A stretch of DNA of 64,000 bases from Eledone cirrhosa (taxonomy: Eukaryota), in NCBI GenBank assembly GCA_964016885.1, contig OZ024746.1, forward strand, positions 19,716,001 to 19,780,000, written 5' to 3'. A program made the position numbers and the translations under genes. Positions 1 to 12,475 of the stretch are shown here, one piece after another (the first letter of the stretch is position 1; every line of letters starts with the position of its first letter). Under the pieces are notes generated by a model. The model was not told where the DNA came from. It searched no databases and worked only from the letters and a program-made list of their open reading frames with translations.

Positions 1-183
1 CATTAATTCAAAAGCAAACTGGACATTGTGAATCTACAAAATAAATTGAAGAAAAATTAGCAAAGAAAATATGGGTGAGAGAGTGAAGGCATGAGTACTG
101 AGTAGAGAAAGAGGATCAAAGATTAAAATAGAGACATACACAATAACTGGTATTAATACAGATTATGTAGTATTATTTTTGTG

Positions 184-460
184 GAGGTGTGTGGCCTAGT
201 GGTAAGGGGGATGGACTTACAATCATAACATCGTGGGTTTGATTCCTGGACTTGGTTGTGAGTTGAGTTCTTGAGCAAAACACTTCACTTCATGTTGCTC
301 CGGTATATGCAGCTGAAAATAATTACCAGCAATAGCTGGGAATTTAACCCTGTCATGGAGTGTCATCCTGTCCAGGAGGAAGTCTTGTACTCTCAATCGC
401 TTCATGCCAAAGAAACCAGGGATAAGTGTTGGCCTGATGAGCCTCCATGATCAAGACTTT
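184..460 (+). mobile_element. tRNA-derived SINE with CORE-like central domain (family B)
   Basis: A-box-like gtggcctagtggtaag, B-box-like gggtttgattcctgg, then gttcttgagcaaaacacttcacttcatgttgctcc and ccctgtcatggagtgtcatcctgtccaggg. Homologous copies at ~12195-12475(-), 30820-31160(-) and 45150-45415(+). Confidence 0.75.
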
Positions 461-779
461 AACTTAGTATTGCTATACTTTTTAAGCACATTTTACTCAT
501 TGTTCACTTTAGATATGTCTTCATTCATCTAAGACAACTAAAGAACTAAGACTACAGAACACGATATTGCAGAAATGGTTGCCAAGATACCAGCAATTTT
601 GTTAAAGATTAGCAGTATACCTTGAAGATCCTTTTCTCTGGCTACCCACCTTCCCTCCCATAATATATGTATAAATTCAGCTAACTTAAACAGTTTTTCT
701 CAACGTTTCAATGAAATACGGAGAAATCAAAAACAATTAGCCCTCACAGTCGTTAATTGCCTTTGATGTGTATGTCAGT

Positions 780-1010
780 AGAAGACTGCTTGGCTATACA
801 GCAGCATTATTATATTCATGTATCCTTTACAGTTACTTTCTATATCTATCTATGCATGTGTATATATATTTGTGTGTGTGTATGTATATGTGTATATATA
901 TGTGTGTATATGTATAAATATATATATAAATATATATGTATATATATATATATACCCTTGCAAGCAGGGAAGAGCGGACGTAAAATGATGATGATGATGA
1001 TATATATATA
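780..1010. repeat. compound (TA)n/(TG)n microsatellite with a short family-C SINE 3' tail (955-1000)
   Basis: Direct reading: acccttgcaagcagggaagagcggacgtaaaatgatgatg embedded in TA repeats. Confidence 0.85.
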
Positions 1011-1101
1011 TGATAGCTGTCCACTCATCTCTAAGGGAGCCCATCACTGACTATTAAAGGGAATCATGTTTGTAACATTTTTAATATATATATATATATA
1101 T

Positions 1102-1315
1102 ATATTTATTAAAATAACGGATTAAAGTTTAAGCAAAGAATTGTTGCTTTCACCCTTAACGGGATCTCATTAAGGATGAAAGCAGCGATTCTTTGCTTAT
1201 ACTTTAATCTGTTATTTTAATAAATATTTGCTCTTGGGTTCTTATATATTTGATATATATTTATCTTTATCGAGCCTTCTTCGGATTTCAGTCTTCAAAT
1301 TTATTATTATTACTA
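1102..1315 (+). mobile_element. short retroelement 3'-end fragment (probable PLE tail) with a 5' fold-back palindrome at 1102-1227
   Basis: Inverted arms of ~55 bp around acccttaac-gggatctc-attaaggat; GAAA then AATAAA downstream; flanked by (TA)n. A second copy without the inversion lies at ~4460-4617. Confidence 0.55.
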
Positions 1316-1559
1316 TATATATATATATGTCATCATCATCATCATTTAACTAGGAAATGTTGGATGGGTCAACACTGACCAAGTCAGTACTCAAGAGAAG
1401 CTACTAAACTCTCAGAAGGGCTAAGGGTGTGAACCTCACCCATGAATATTCCCACACTGCACCAAGTGTCCACGCAGGCTAGGTAGCTACATCACAATTA
1501 CAAAAACGTCCGAGTGCATTTTATGGCAAGACCAGCACTAGGGAGTTTATCATGCCTTA

Positions 1560-2045
1560 GACATAACTGAAGAGCCCTCCAGATTGATATTATACATCCA
1601 TTGGAGTATACTTGCTTCATTTCTTTTTAGTCTTCGTAGGTCTTCTGCAGTCAGGGTCCCAGTCTCGTTGCCATGTGGCATTGCAGTTTACATACAAGCA
1701 TTATATAGTCTGCCCTTTACACTAAGAGAGAATCCCTTTGTTGTTAGCAGGGATACTATTTCACTAAAATTCATCCAACCTATTTCTGCCCTGGTTGTAT
1801 TGGGTTACATGATACCAGTATCAGGCAGAAGCTTGACCTAACCTTTAAAAGGAACTACAACCATTTAATCCATTGCTTTATCATTTCTGTCACTCTACCA
1901 ATTTTAATATTAATCATTTCTTACATCAACTCCAGGACTTGACATACTTTCAGAGTATCCTCCCTCATTAGGTCACGTAGTTAACAAATGTTGTCAAGAA
2001 CCAGTGGGGAACCTCCTTTGCAATTGAATGAATCTATTTCATGTG
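1560..2045 (-). mobile_element. decayed RTE-clade LINE, RT C-terminal/thumb region
   Basis: Minus-strand translation RAEIGWMNFSEIVSLLTTKGFSLSVKGRLYNACM*TAMPHGNETG resembles the RTE motif GWxKFREL...KGRLYxACVRxAMLHGSETW; stops present. Confidence 0.7.
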
Positions 2046-3003
2046 TGCTTACTTTCTACTTTCTGTCAGATGTTTTATTCTGGCTTTACCTGAGTGTTTT
2101 CCAGTGTTTGGCTCGAGTTATGGAGGGCAGTTGCTCCCCTATTCTCCAGGATTATATGCCCATGCTCCAAGTAACCTATCCAACTTTATTTCATCTTTAA
2201 GGACTAACCCCATGAGATTTTATTTATTTATATTTTGTCTTTAAGTTTTCCTTCACTTTAATTATTTCACCAATTGGCAGCACTTTTTATAATAGATAGC
2301 CATAAAAGAAACCAACTTAATGTTTCTATTTTGAAACCAATTATATAAGCTTTGATAATCATAATAATACACAAACGAGCCAGTCAAAATAGTTTAATGT
2401 AAATAAATAAAGCTAAAGCATATAAATAATTCTCAAAAACTGCCAGAAAAAAAAGTGATATTGTATGTCAGGCTTCACAGGATACAACAGCAAGAAGTTG
2501 CCAACTTTGTAGCATAAAAAAGAGTGAGTCATGAATTTATCTGCCAGTCAAGAAGCAAGTGATTTTTAACATGAAGAAAGAAAGGTGAGAGAGAGGAAGA
2601 GGGGAGGAGGGATGGGTGAGAGAGAGGAAGAGGGGGAGGAGGGATGGGTGAGACCTAACCTTCATGGTTGAATTGTTAACAAGAAACATTTCTTTGTTAA
2701 CCATTTTAGCTTTGACAGTTTGACATGTTATAATCATTGACTTCCTAATATCCATTTTTTTCTTTTAAAGTAAATTATTTAGATATTAAGTACACAACCC
2801 AACTTAATTTAATGTTTCATATATTATAGGTTATCATCTTCAACAGTTTTCCATGCTGGTATTATCATCAACAAGAAAAAGCCACATATAAATAATAGAT
2901 TGGAAATACAAGTGAATTGGCTACTATAACATCTCCACACATATGTATTTTAGATAGTTAGGGAAGAACACATCGAACATTCATTTTGTTTTGAACTGTT
3001 TTG

Positions 3004-3053
3004 TTTTTACATTTGAAAAGAGGGTTGTAGCCCTGAAATATTATGTTGAAAAA
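3004..3053 (+). ncRNA. degenerate minimal type I hammerhead motif, U3-A8 core variant
   Basis: acat-TTGAAAA-g-aggg-ttgtag-ccct-GAAA-tatt-atgt; helix I acat/atgt, helix II aggg/ccct. The downstream tail recurs at ~57320-57410. Confidence 0.45.
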
Positions 3054-3393
3054 TGCCAGGTAAAAATTACTTTATTTTGTTTTATATGTCATCTTTCACC
3101 CTTTATATATTTCTATCACATTGTACTGGCTTTCTGAAACCTATCAGTCATTTATTACATCATCATCATCATCATTTCATTTTACATCCGCTTTTTCCCT
3201 GCTTGCAAGGGTGGGACAATACATATCTCACAATACTTCATATTAACTATACTACTTTATATATATATATATATATAGATATATATATATATATATATAT
3301 AACCAAAGATTAATATGGTTCATTGATTACTCAATGAATATAATTTTACAATAGATTAAAAGCACTCTACCAGGAAGTTTTCTGGAGTTATTA

Positions 3394-3629
3394 ATATTAT
3401 TCAAAATATTAATAAATGAAGACATTCACATAATCAAAATATATGTTTTATTATATATATATCGAAATCATCATCATCATCATCATCATCAACGTTTAAC
3501 GTCCGTGTTCCACGCTTGCATGGGTTTGGACGGGGGTATTCCCACTTGAGGCAAGAGTGATTGTCTTGAAATATATATAATAAAACATATATTTTGATTA
3601 TGTGAATGTCTTCATTTATTAATATTTTG

Positions 3630-3637
<8 letters not shown>
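3394..3637. repeat. ~70-bp inverted repeat (PLE-tail-like) interrupted by a family-C SINE 3' fragment (3468-3567)
   Basis: Arms 3394-3463 and 3568-3637 are reverse complements. The right arm begins GAAA-tatata-TA-ataaaac and resembles the tail after the HHR at 23690. Confidence 0.75.
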
Positions 3638-3673
<36 letters not shown>

Positions 3674-3762
3674 ACCTCCGATTCAACCCGGAATAACGTA
3701 CTATATATATATATATATTAGAAAGTGATTTTTTTTACAAAATGAAAAAAAACGAGTGAAAG

Positions 3763-4444
3763 TATAAGGAAAAAAGATAAAATCGAAAATGCAACTGGAT
3801 TCTTTTTTTATAAAAATTTATATTTATTTGGTTCCTTTACCAGTTTCGCAGTTCTTCTGCTTTTCAAAAGTAGAATTGAGATGGAGGGTTTGTGGTTTTT
3901 CTCGCATCTGGTTGGTGTTTGAATGTTACTTCTGTTTTATATGGAAAAAAAGTGGCTCGAAATGCTAGGTTTTTAGAGAAGTAATTCGGTTGGTGAATAA
4001 GTATAATAAATTTTGCGCCAGTTCGCGTTACAAAGTTCTTATTATATTTGCCTTCAAAAGAGGGGGGGGGGGGAGCTCAAGTTGTTTTTTTCATATATGA
4101 GTGAAGTTTGGTTATATACGAAAAAACAACCTGAGCCCCCCCCCCTCTTTTGAAGGCAAATATAATAAGAACTTTGTAACGTGAACTGGCGCAAAATTTA
4201 TTATACTTATTCACCAACCGAATTACTTCTCTAAAAACCTAGCATTTCGAGCCACTTTTTTTCCATATAAAACAGAAGTAACATTCAAACACCAACCAGA
4301 TGCGAGAAAAACCACAAACCCTCCATCTCAATTCTACTTTTGAAAAGCAGAAGAACTGCGAAACCGGTAAAGGAACCAAATAAATATATATTTTTATAAA
4401 AAAAGACTCCAGTTGCATTTTCGATTTCATCTTTTTTCCCTATA
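3763..4444. repeat. long near-perfect palindrome (~335-bp arms, ~11-bp spacer), probable inverted PLE pseudo-LTR pair
   Basis: 3763-4100 is the reverse complement of 4111-4444 with few mismatches; each arm has an HHR-like motif followed by AATAAA. Confidence 0.9.
4334..4376 (+). ncRNA. minimal type I hammerhead motif, U3-A8 core variant (mirror copy on minus strand at ~3832-3873)
   Basis: ctt-TTGAAAA-gcag-aagaa-ctgc-GAAA-ccgg-TA-aag: helix II gcag/ctgc, palindromic helix III ccgg, UA cleavage site, short helix I ctt/aag. Confidence 0.6.
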
Positions 4445-4686
4445 TATATATATATTGTTTCAGAAGATCCAGTTAAGGGTGAAAGCAGCGATTCTTTGCT
4501 TAAACTTTAATCTGTTATTTTAATAAATATTTGCTCTAGGGTTCTTATATATTTGATATATATTTATCCTTATCAAGCCCTCTTTGGATTTTAGTCTTCA
4601 TATTTATTATTATTACTATATATATATATATATATATTTATAGAGAGAGAGAGAGAGCATGGAAAATAGACGTTAAATGATGATGA

Positions 4687-4729
<43 letters not shown>

Positions 4730-4734
4730 TCATC

Positions 4735-4985
4735 ACCATTTTATGTCCATTCTTCTATGCTATCATGGGTTAGACGGGTTGTCCTGTTGTGGGCGATGCA
4801 AGGTTAGGTGACCATGTCTTGTTCATATGGAACTGATTTCTACAGCTGGATGCCCTTCCTAATACCAACCTCATTTATAGTGAGTACTGTGTGCTTTTTT
4901 GCCGTGATACTTACACGACCACTTTACAGCGTGGACTGGGTGCTTTTTTGTCATGACACCTACACAACCACTTTACAGTGGGAGG
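4735..4985 (-). mobile_element. family-C SINE (Meta-like domain, GAT tail), 3' part
   Basis: tacagctggatgcccttcctaa (reverse of ttaggaagggcatccagctgta) plus 2-3 degenerate 48-bp internal units. Confidence 0.65.
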
Positions 4986-6307
4986 GTAGGGTGGGGCCAT
5001 ACTGTCTATATGCTTCAGCGTCTGCTTGGGAGGTCGGGTCTTCTGTATTACTATATATATAAACACAAACATATGTTTTTAGTGTTATAAACAGAAGAGT
5101 ATTCATTGAATGCTACTTTGAATTTCTTGATGGTCAAGCATGAGAGTAACAATGAAATAAATTTTCTGCTTCCAATATGCGTGCTCATGTGCAAACACTC
5201 GCACACACACTTATACAAACATGTACACAAAATAGCAGGCTCATTCTAATAACAGTAATATTGTAATATTAAGGCTGACTTGTATAGCAGTTTATACAAA
5301 TTAGATTTGAAGTAAATGAGCTCACAACTGAGATTCATTAGAATGTAGGTTAGAAAGCTTTGTGAGATTCATTCTCTGTGTTCAAATCAAGCTGAGCTTA
5401 ACTTTGTCTTTCATCCTTTTGATGCCGATAAAAAATTATCAGTCCAGTAATGGGGTCGATTCTTTCTCACTTCCTCTCTATCACTTTTTCCTTTTTTCTC
5501 TGGAAGTAATTGGCTCTGTTCAAGACAATGTCCATCACATTGTAAGAAATGCTATACTTATTAAAACATCTATCTACTTATCTACCTTTCAGAAAGAAAC
5601 GTTAACTCAGTGAATAGAACAATTTACTGTAACTAATTCTGTCCTAATCTGTTTAACATTCAAATCTCCCAAGGTCAACTTTGCCTTTCATCTCTCTAGA
5701 ATTAACAAAGAATCAAACAAAAAAAAGTGCAAATATCTGTAATAAATTGGATTCATTGTACAGATGACCAAGATAGTTGAGTTAGCAGCTGACCAGCTGA
5801 AGGATTTTTATTTCAGTTTGTGTCTTATGTCAAGACACAACTTCACATAGCTGCCATTAGTGTATTTTAAAACAGATGATGACTTGCAAGTGTATAAAGT
5901 TTAATTATGTTAGAAAAGTTACCTGTAGTAAAAGGACATCCTAATAAAGAATTTGTCTTTCACTCATGGAAAACAATAGGTTAGTATTTGCAAGAAATAA
6001 AGATAATTGTTTCTAATATAAGTACAAGACCAGAAATATTTTTGGTGGGAAGGGAACAGTTGAATAGATCAATACCCAGTCCTTGACTTGACCTCATCAA
6101 TCCTGGAAGGATGAAAAACAAAGTTTACTGTAGCAAGATTTGAATTCAGAATGTAAAGAGCTAAAACAAATACTGTGAGGCATTTTGCCCTAGTGGTAAG
6201 AAACTCTCAGGAGAGTTGGACAGCGGAAAAGAACCTGCCTCAATTAAGTGTTTCAGCCCTTAATTTCTATCTTCTAACAATTCGGTCAATCCACTACCCT
6301 AAGAAAT

Positions 6308-6490
6308 AATGGTCTCTAATTTAGACACAAGGCTAATAATTTAGAGGGAGGGGAAAGTCGATTTAATCAACCTTGGTGCATTGTTAGTACTTTATTTTAT
6401 TTACACCATAAGGATGAAAGGCAAAGCAATCCTCAGTGGAATTTGAACTCAGAATGTAAAGAGACGTAACTCTATGCCACAAAGCATGTC
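6308..6490 (-). mobile_element. older Nin/Deu-like SINE copy (family A)
   Basis: aaggatgaaaggcaaagc...ggaatttgaactcagaatgtaaag; another old copy at ~6005-6185. Confidence 0.65.
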
Positions 6491-6624
6491 GGAGGAACTT
6501 CTCCCTGATTGACCTCCACTGTTTTCTGTTTGGTTTTAGTCATGTCTTCAGGGGTGTAGCTGTACTCATCACATTTGGCTACATGATATCAGTAGTAGGC
6601 AGAAGCCTGGCCTGACCTTTAAAA

Positions 6625-6760
6625 TGAGGATGGTGATGATGGTAGTGGTTATAGTGGTAGTAGTGGTGATGATGATGATGGTAGTGTTGGTAGTTGTGGT
6701 GGTGGTGATGATAGTAGTAGTAGTAGTGGTGGTGATGGTGATGATAAAGATAATGAGGAT
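6625..6760. repeat. degenerate (RGT/GAT/GGT)n trinucleotide repeat
   Basis: Direct reading. Confidence 0.85.
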
Positions 6761-7065
6761 TTCTAACATCGGCCCCAAATGCCCAGATTCTGTGGAGAAG
6801 GTATAATTGATTAAATCATGAATGGTAATACCTTGCAGTATTGATCTTGAGAAGATAGAAATAATAAATCAAACTAGGAGGTAATTTAATCATACTTTTC
6901 CACATGTACCTACATTGTGAGTAGAAATCAATATCATATTACTAATTTCAGGTGCTATATAATGTAGTATTTAGTTCTTAGGGGAGGAGGATAAACCCTA
7001 ACCAGGATTATTGACATTGGGAAGGGCATCTGGCAATAGATACCATGCAAAAACCGGAATGTATA

Positions 7066-7103
<38 letters not shown>

Positions 7104-7479
7104 AGACACGGTCCAACTAAGTACTGACTTGGTCTGTAATGACCCGTCCAACCCTTGCTAGCAGGGAAAATTGACGTTAAATGATCCAGTTGAACTGACA
7201 GGATCCCCATGCAAGACTAACCAAGCTTATGGATATTATCCAACCATCATGCTCAGGATCTACTTCTGGGTACCCCCTGCCAGTTGGTTTTGCTCATAAA
7301 ATCTCTCTCAACATCAAATTTAAAACCCCACTGTACACAAACATATAAATGGATGCCACCAATCACATTAACAAATTCATAGGTAGATGCATATAAATAT
7401 GTATTCTTACATAATACACACAGGTATTCATACACACAGATATATATATATATATCCAGGCCGAAACAAATGAGATCGT

Positions 7480-7842
7480 GTAGGTGTCACGACAAAAAAC
7501 ACACAGTCCACGCTGTAAATGTGGCCGTGTAGGCAACACGGTAAAAACCTCCCAGCCCCACACTGTAAATGTGGTTGGTGTTAGGAAGGGCATCCAGCTG
7601 TAGAAAACCCGCCAGACAGACCACGCTGTAATGTGGCCGTGTAGGCAACACGGTAAAAACCTCCCAGCCCCACACTGTAAATGTGGTTGGTGTTAGGAAG
7701 GGCATCCAACTGTAGAAAACCCGCCAGACAGTCCTATGCGAGCAAGACAACCACTCTTGCCTCAAGTGGGAAAACCCCCGTCCAAACCCATGCAAGCGTG
7801 GAACACGGACGCTAAACCTGATGATGATGATGATGATGATGA
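7480..7842 (+). mobile_element. family-C SINE with an internal ~113-bp duplication and (GAT)n tail
   Basis: Two copies of ...gttaggaagggcatccagctgtagaaaacccgccagacag; ends cccatgcaagcgtggaacacggacgctaaacc(tga)n. Confidence 0.75.
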
Positions 7843-7857
7843 TGTATATATATTCAT

Positions 7858-7895
<38 letters not shown>

Positions 7896-7940
7896 TCATA
7901 CACACACACACACACACATATATATTTATTTATTATTATT

Positions 7941-8210
7941 AGTGAGTTCAAATCCCGCCGAGGTTAACTTTGCTTTTCATCCTTACGGGGTTGATAAAAT
8001 AAAGTACCAGTAATGTACTGGGTAATTGCTGGCCTTGTGCCTAAAGAAGAAACAATTATTACTATATAGAGTTATGGCCCTTTATGGTCTGAGTTCAAAT
8101 CCCGCCGAGGTTAACTTTGCCTTTCATCCTTACGGGGTTGATAAAATAAAGAACCAGTAATACACTGAGTTTTTGCTGGCCTTGTGCCTAAAGTAGAAAC
8201 AATTATTACT
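7941..8210 (+). mobile_element. two tandem 5'-truncated family-A SINEs
   Basis: gagttcaaatcccgccgaggttaactttgc(c/t)tttcatccttacggggttgataaaataaag...gaaacaattatt occurs twice. Confidence 0.85.
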
Positions 8211-9210
8211 ATATATATATATATATATAATTATATACACAGATTTATTTATGCATACATACACATGTATTCATGCATAATAGCCACATGTATTCATACG
8301 TAATACACACATATCTACATGCATATATACACAAGTGTATTCATCCATAAATGTACACATTTATCCATACATATATATTCACATTTATTCCTGCATACAT
8401 ACACACATGTATACACACACACATATATGCATATATTGGTACATAAATACACAATGTATTCTGATATCACACACAAACACACCGAGACCCACCCACACAC
8501 ACGCATGCAAATGACTTCAATTCCCTAGTGTGTTAGGTAAAAGGGAACAAGGACAGTCCTGCAGCTTCTTAATTTCCTCGGTTTCTGTTGTAATCATCAA
8601 GATAAGTATTAAGAATACTTCAATATCTCCATTCATAGAGTTTTTGTTGCTTGCTTCTTTGTTTTTAATTGTTGTTGCTGTTATTGTTGTACACAGAGAT
8701 TATATGGCTGAAGTATCATCACCTTGACAACAAATTACAGTTAATGGAAATCTCTCTTTGCAAATAATAATAATGTTGTTGTGTTCTTACAAGTATTACT
8801 GTCAGCAATGTGAATGATCCAGGTAACAATAGAACTGACCAACTAGAAAAATAACCAAGTTTATTGGAGTGCTGTATAAGTGTGTGTGTATGAGAGAGGA
8901 AGGGGAGAAGGGGAGAGAGAGTTAGAGATAACAAGGGGGAGAGAAAGATAGGGAGAGATACAGGGAGTAAGGGAGAGATAGAATGACAGAGAATGATATA
9001 TATATAGAGAGAGAGGGGGGGAAGAGGGGGAGAGGAGATAGGGAGAGGGGGGAGAATGTGAGAAAATGCATGTATGAATAGAAAGTATAAGATATTGAAA
9101 AAGTGTATATGAAAAGGTGCTGTGTGTGTGTATATATATATATACTAACACACATACATATATATATATAGAAAATAAGAGATAAAGGAAGGAGAGAAAG
9201 TGATATATAG

Positions 9211-9246
<36 letters not shown>

Positions 9247-10339
9247 GTATGTGAAAGAAGACAACGGACAGAGAGAGAATGGATTTGTGTGAAAGCTATG
9301 TTTACATGAGGGTATGTACATGTGTATATTGGTTTTTTTAACAAGCAAGAAACGTGTGGGTGTGTATATTTGGTTTGGCTGTGTGTGTGTGTGTTTGGCT
9401 ACGTGTGTATGTGTGCGTGTTTACAAAGTGTATTCATGTAGTTTAAGCCTTGTTTACACAGCTCCACCGAAGCTAAAGTAACACAGGACACATAAGACAT
9501 ACATGCCAGGTTCAATGCAATGCTTTACAATAAAGAAAATGAGATACCACTTCCTTTCATATCATCTCCACCAGCACCACCACAACTAACACCACCTCCA
9601 TCACTGCCACCAGCACTATCATCATTATCACTGCCATCACCACCATCATCATTTCCACCACAACCATCACCACCATCATCAATACCACCACTGCCACCAG
9701 CACCACCACCACCATCACCACCATGATTTCCTTTTAAAAGGTTTTTACAAGTCAATGAGAGTAAGTTGTGGAGCGGAAATGCAAAAACAATAGCAATTTA
9801 GGAAAAGTTTTCATTTGTTGAGCTCCTTTCCCACCACCACCACCACCCCAGCCACAGCCACCACCACCACCACCTCTCCCATCTTTCACTCAGAAATGAG
9901 GTAAGCAGAAAATGTTTAAATACAGAAAACTGTAAACATTCTGTCTTAGAATTATGAAATAGGTTTTCTTTTCATTTTCTTCCATTTTGTTATGACGGCC
10001 ATTAAAAATAGAATCTTGTTGATTTTTAATTAAGCAAGGAACTAGTCTAATTCAACTCAAAAACTACATTGAAAAGTGCAGAAAACGGAAACTGAAAAGG
10101 GCCACAGAGTTTAGTTTACATTAGAATTACTTTGTTTTCAAGTTTATTATAATTTATTTTACACTTTTGGATTAGATTTTTCTTTTTTCAAAATATCATC
10201 ACCAATTCTATTATCAACCATATTACAAGGTTGTTCAGTTCTTTGAGGAATACATCTTTTAAAAGGTCTAAGTTGTTTCTAACTTGTTTTCATTATCATT
10301 TCTTTTCAGATAAATGATGTCTCATTTCTTTTCAGATAA

Positions 10340-10635
10340 ATGATGTCAGACATCAAGCTAACTCAGCAAATGAAAATCCATGCTGTAATCATTGCCTCGA
10401 TGGCAGAGTATAGTGATTTAGAGATTGAAAGTTGCGTGGTCATTTGTTAAGTTTACAAAGAGCTAAAAGCCAAACATAAAAACCTGATAAGGGTCCTATT
10501 ACTACCAGAACACCTGAATTTGTATGAAAGGTGCAGAGAATTATCGATAAGAACCCCTGAAAGTGAATTAGCATCATTGCTAAGAAGCTCAAGGTTTCAA
10601 GGTACACTATCGGAAGAATTGTGCATGAGGACAAT
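10340..10635 (+). pseudogene. Tc1/mariner-superfamily transposase relic (N-terminal HTH region)
   Basis: Fragments MSDIKLTQQMKIHAVIIA... and RTPEFV*KVQRIIDKNP*K*ISIIAKKLKVSRYTIGRIVHED resemble mariner/maT-type DNA-binding domains; stops and frameshifts present. Confidence 0.6.
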
Positions 10636-10666
10636 TTTGATCTTGACAGCTTTTTAAAACTGTGTG

Positions 10667-10702
<36 letters not shown>

Positions 10703-10784
10703 AGCAAGGAGAGAGAGAAGATCAAACCTTGTTCAGAGATTGGGGGTGGGGGGGGGGGGGGGGCATTGTTTGATGAAGGGGGGA

Positions 10785-10985
10785 CCCAGGGCATTCAACC
10801 ATCTTGCTCAAGGTCTACACCTGGGTGTCCTGCCAGTTGGTTTTGCCAGTAAAATCTGTCTAGCGATTCTTTCTTGAGTCATTCTAATCATATGCCCATA
10901 GTATCAGAGTTGTGATCTCTCAATTCAGAGAAGTAGTGACTATCTGGAGCGACTCCCTGATCTCAGAGCTATGCACTCTATTGAT
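10785..10985 (-). mobile_element. RTE LINE 3' fragment
   Basis: Reverse complement is homologous to 11760-11890; a third piece lies at ~7185-7300(-). Confidence 0.6.
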
Positions 10986-11754
10986 TAAAGTTACTCAAAA
11001 AACCCTTCAGAGGAATCCCATTTCAGCCACTTGTATTTGCAATCATATTCTTTCTGTCATTACCCAAGATTCTTGACCACAGGTAAAGGTTGGCACAAAT
11101 ACTGAAATGAAAATTGCAACTTTGGCTTTTACACCTACCTCCCTTCTTCTGATTACTAAAGGTAATCAAAGTAATTTTATACACCAAAATAATTCCACAA
11201 AGTGACATTTCCCAAACTTATGCACTTTATGATAACATTTTAAAAAATAAATAAAAAGCTCTCAAAATCTTAAATTAATAGCCTTGATGAACAAAAATAT
11301 AATAATTAAATTATGACAGTCAGAAGACATAACAATTGACTGATTTACAGGTAGACAGAGTGATCAATGGTAAATCAATAGTTTAAGCTATGTGTGTGAT
11401 TTGTTTCTGCCAATAATCAGGATTTATTTGTCCTCACTACATCACTCTGCTACTTTGACTAGTCAACCAGAAATGCCTGTGATATGTTGACATTATATAG
11501 CCTATAGTTATTTAATTAATACATTGATTCTATAGAATAAAGATATTAGTCTACCAATAAATCAATAGACTAGAACATGTGTGTCTCTCTTTATAGTTCT
11601 GAATATTCTGTTATCAGGAACCAATTGCTGCTGAGAACACTTAACACTGTTATACTGTTCTATCATCTGGATCAAGTCACTGAAAACATAGCTGAAGATG
11701 AGAGTCAAAATTTTTATTCTGACAACCAACTATTTTGTAAACAATAAATCTATC

Positions 11755-12005
11755 TTTTTCACCACATCGAGAGATCACAGCTCTGATATTACAGGCATGT
11801 GGTTAGAATGACCCAGGAAAGAATTGCTGGACAGATTTTATGGGCAAAAAACCAGCCGGCAAGAGACCAAGCAAGATGATTGGATAACATCCATGAGCTC
11901 AGCTGGTCTCACTTGGGGATCCAACCGGATCAATTTGAGATGGTTGCTTCTGACAGGACCTGCAGGAATGAGTGTTTGAAGACTTTACCTCAACAACCCT
12001 GTAGA
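11755..12005 (+). mobile_element. RTE LINE 3' end
   Basis: Translation HIERSQL*YYRHVVRMTQERIAGQIL...GKRP...WLDNIHELSWSHLGI matches the RTE C-terminal LRWxGHVxRM...GxRxxGRP pattern. Confidence 0.65.
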
Positions 12006-12194
12006 GATGAAATGCAAAGCTAACCTCAGCAGGATTTGAACTCAAAACATAAAAGGACGTAACTATATGCTGCAAATCAATCATATATAAGAAAATCTCA
12101 TAAGTAACATGTAGCTGAGTAGTTCTTAATTGAGTGTTATGTTTAATAATCAAGACAAATTTTTTTCCTCAACTCTCTTTAAAGAACAAGTCGA

Positions 12195-12475
12195 AAATCT
12201 GTCTCAAGCCTAGAGGCTCATCAGGCTGGTGTTTATCCCAGTTTTCGAGGCATGAAGTGACAGAAAGTACAATACTTCCTCATGGTCAGGAAGCCAGTCC
12301 ATTGCAGAGTCAAACTCTCAGTTATTGCTCGTACTCATTTTCAGCTGAGTATACAGGAGCAATGAGAAATAAAGTGTTTTGCTCAAGAACACAAAACACA
12401 ATTCAGTCCAGGAATCGAATTTACGACATTATGATCGTAAGTCCAACACCCTCACCACTTAACCACTTACTTCCA
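12195..12475 (-). mobile_element. family-B CORE-like SINE
   Basis: Homologous to 184-460 in reverse orientation. Confidence 0.7.

Noticed and set aside
430-460. CTGATGAG as an HHR core
   Set aside because: Part of the family-B SINE 3' region; no helix II-GAAA follows.
9520-9755. Pro-rich or Gly-rich ORF as an exon
   Set aside because: Degenerate (CCA/TCA)n trinucleotide repeat with no splice or homology support.
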